Shown here: positions 62,704 to 64,000 of the stretch, in pieces | Position numbering within the stretch: position 1 is the first letter of the stretch | Layout of the letters: each line of letters opens with the position of its first letter | NCBI RefSeq assembly: GCF_006345805.1 | Contig: NC_043013.1 | Location: 9,362,001 to 9,426,000, forward strand | Source of the DNA: Octopus sinensis | Taxonomy: Eukaryota | Length of the DNA stretch: 64,000 bases | Reading direction: 5' to 3' | Position numbers and translations under genes: made by a program | Notes under the pieces: model-generated | Database searches by the model: none | What the model was told of the DNA's origin: nothing | The model's input: only the letters and a program-made list of their open reading frames with translations

Positions 62704-63406
62704 TAGAAGGTTTGGAGATGATGTACAGGTATTTTATATTAGAAGAAATGAGGTACTCAGAAATTCGGATGGTTTTATATTACAGATATATATTTGTATA
62801 TTACATGTTTTTATACATTATATATCATATATCATATATTAGCACTTTCGTCCGTTCTGGTGGAGTTTTCAAATTGAACTAAGTTGTTGGGGAAAATTTG
62901 ACAATTTTTATAGTGTTATTGAGTGTATAGTGGTGGGGAGGGATATAAGATAGAACAAGAGGGTGCTGAATGGGGAGAAAGTGAGAGATAGCATGTGTGT
63001 GTGTATGTGTGTTTGTATCTGAAAGATGTGTTAAAGAAAAAGAAGGAAAGGAAGAAAAGGAAGAGAAAGAAGAAAAATTGTTTTGTTGGTCTTTTTGTAG
63101 CTGGTCAGGATGTTTACTCCAAAGGGGGCAAAATGTCACTTTTCAAAAAATTGTATGGATTTCTTTTTTATCATTGTATAGTGTGTGTGTGTTTGTATCT
63201 GAAGGAAGTGTTAAGAAAAAAGAAGGAAAGGAAGTAGAAGGGGAGAAATTTTGTCGATTGCTTTGCACTTGGTAGGTTTGTCGATAATAATAATTCTTCT
63301 TGGCTTACAGTGATTGTAAATCCAGCTGTTTTCTCCAAGGATGAGGAGGGAGGAAATGTCACTTTTCAATAAATTGTTTGTATTTCCTTTTATCATATAT
63401 ATATAT

Positions 63407-63443
<37 letters not shown>

Positions 63444-63470
63444 TGTGTGGTGTGTATATATATATATATA

Positions 63471-63504
<34 letters not shown>

Positions 63505-63674
63505 ATTTATATATGCATGCATATACATATGATTCATGCAATATGTTCCAAGTTGTAGACCACAGTTTTTGCGTTACGTTATTGAAATTTTGAATAGAAG
63601 AACATATATACATACAAATACACACATACCATGCCAAAGGGGACATTAGCTACATATTTTATTTCTTATATTAA

Positions 63675-64000
63675 TATCAGGTCATCTCATAAGTTCAGTC
63701 CGAATTTTGAATAAAGAAAGCAAGTGATCAAATGTTATATTTAATTGAAATGTAATCATCAATGTACCTTTCATGATTATCTATGACTTCCTTCCATCTA
63801 TTTACAAGCTTTTTAATCCCATCAATGTAAAACTCTTTTGGTTTCAAAGTGAAGAATTCTGAAATGTCAGTTTCGACTTCCTCCTGGCTTGCGAAAGTTA
63901 TGTCCCCCAAAAGATTCTGTAAACTACGAAACAAATGGTAGTCTGAAGGAGCATAGTCGGGAGAATAAGATGGATGAGGAATTTTTTCCCAGCAAAGCTC
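63675..64000 (-). mobile_element. Mariner transposon 3' end (continues beyond window)
   Basis: Minus-strand WEKIPHPSYSPDYAPSDYHLFRSLQNLL...FYIDGIKKLVNRWKEVIDNHERYIDD, with terminal tatcaggtcatctcataagttc TIR. Confidence 0.88.

Overview
AT-rich, microsatellite-dense eukaryotic genomic DNA. The repeat content (tRNA-derived SINE families, RTE/CR1/Penelope/HERO/R4 fragments, mariner and hAT elements, long (TA)n/(CA)n/(AAT)n tracts) suggests a coleoid cephalopod, probably Octopus; this is inferred, not proven. The only confidently identified host gene is coatomer subunit zeta (COPZ). Its terminal coding exon (VLQSAKEQIKWSLLK*) lies at 39993-40040 on the + strand, and no earlier core COPZ exon was recognised, so bases 1-40 kb are probably within its last intron region. 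That region holds a chain of candidate microexons (8 nt at 2036, 19/21/184 nt at 14572, possibly a single nucleotide at 16600, 25 nt at 20469) that can be joined in frame onto the terminal exon. Other notable signals: a tRNA-headed SINE carrying an intact minimal hammerhead ribozyme (44.8-45.1 kb), several degenerate hammerheads, long palindromic inserts in (TA)n tracts, a CpG-retaining 59-bp-period cluster of TCF/LEF motifs (11.1-11.5 kb), and an apparent CpG-decay boundary near the gene end. Almost all ORFs in the supplied track are microsatellite or SINE artefacts. Repeat boundaries were read by eye and are approximate.
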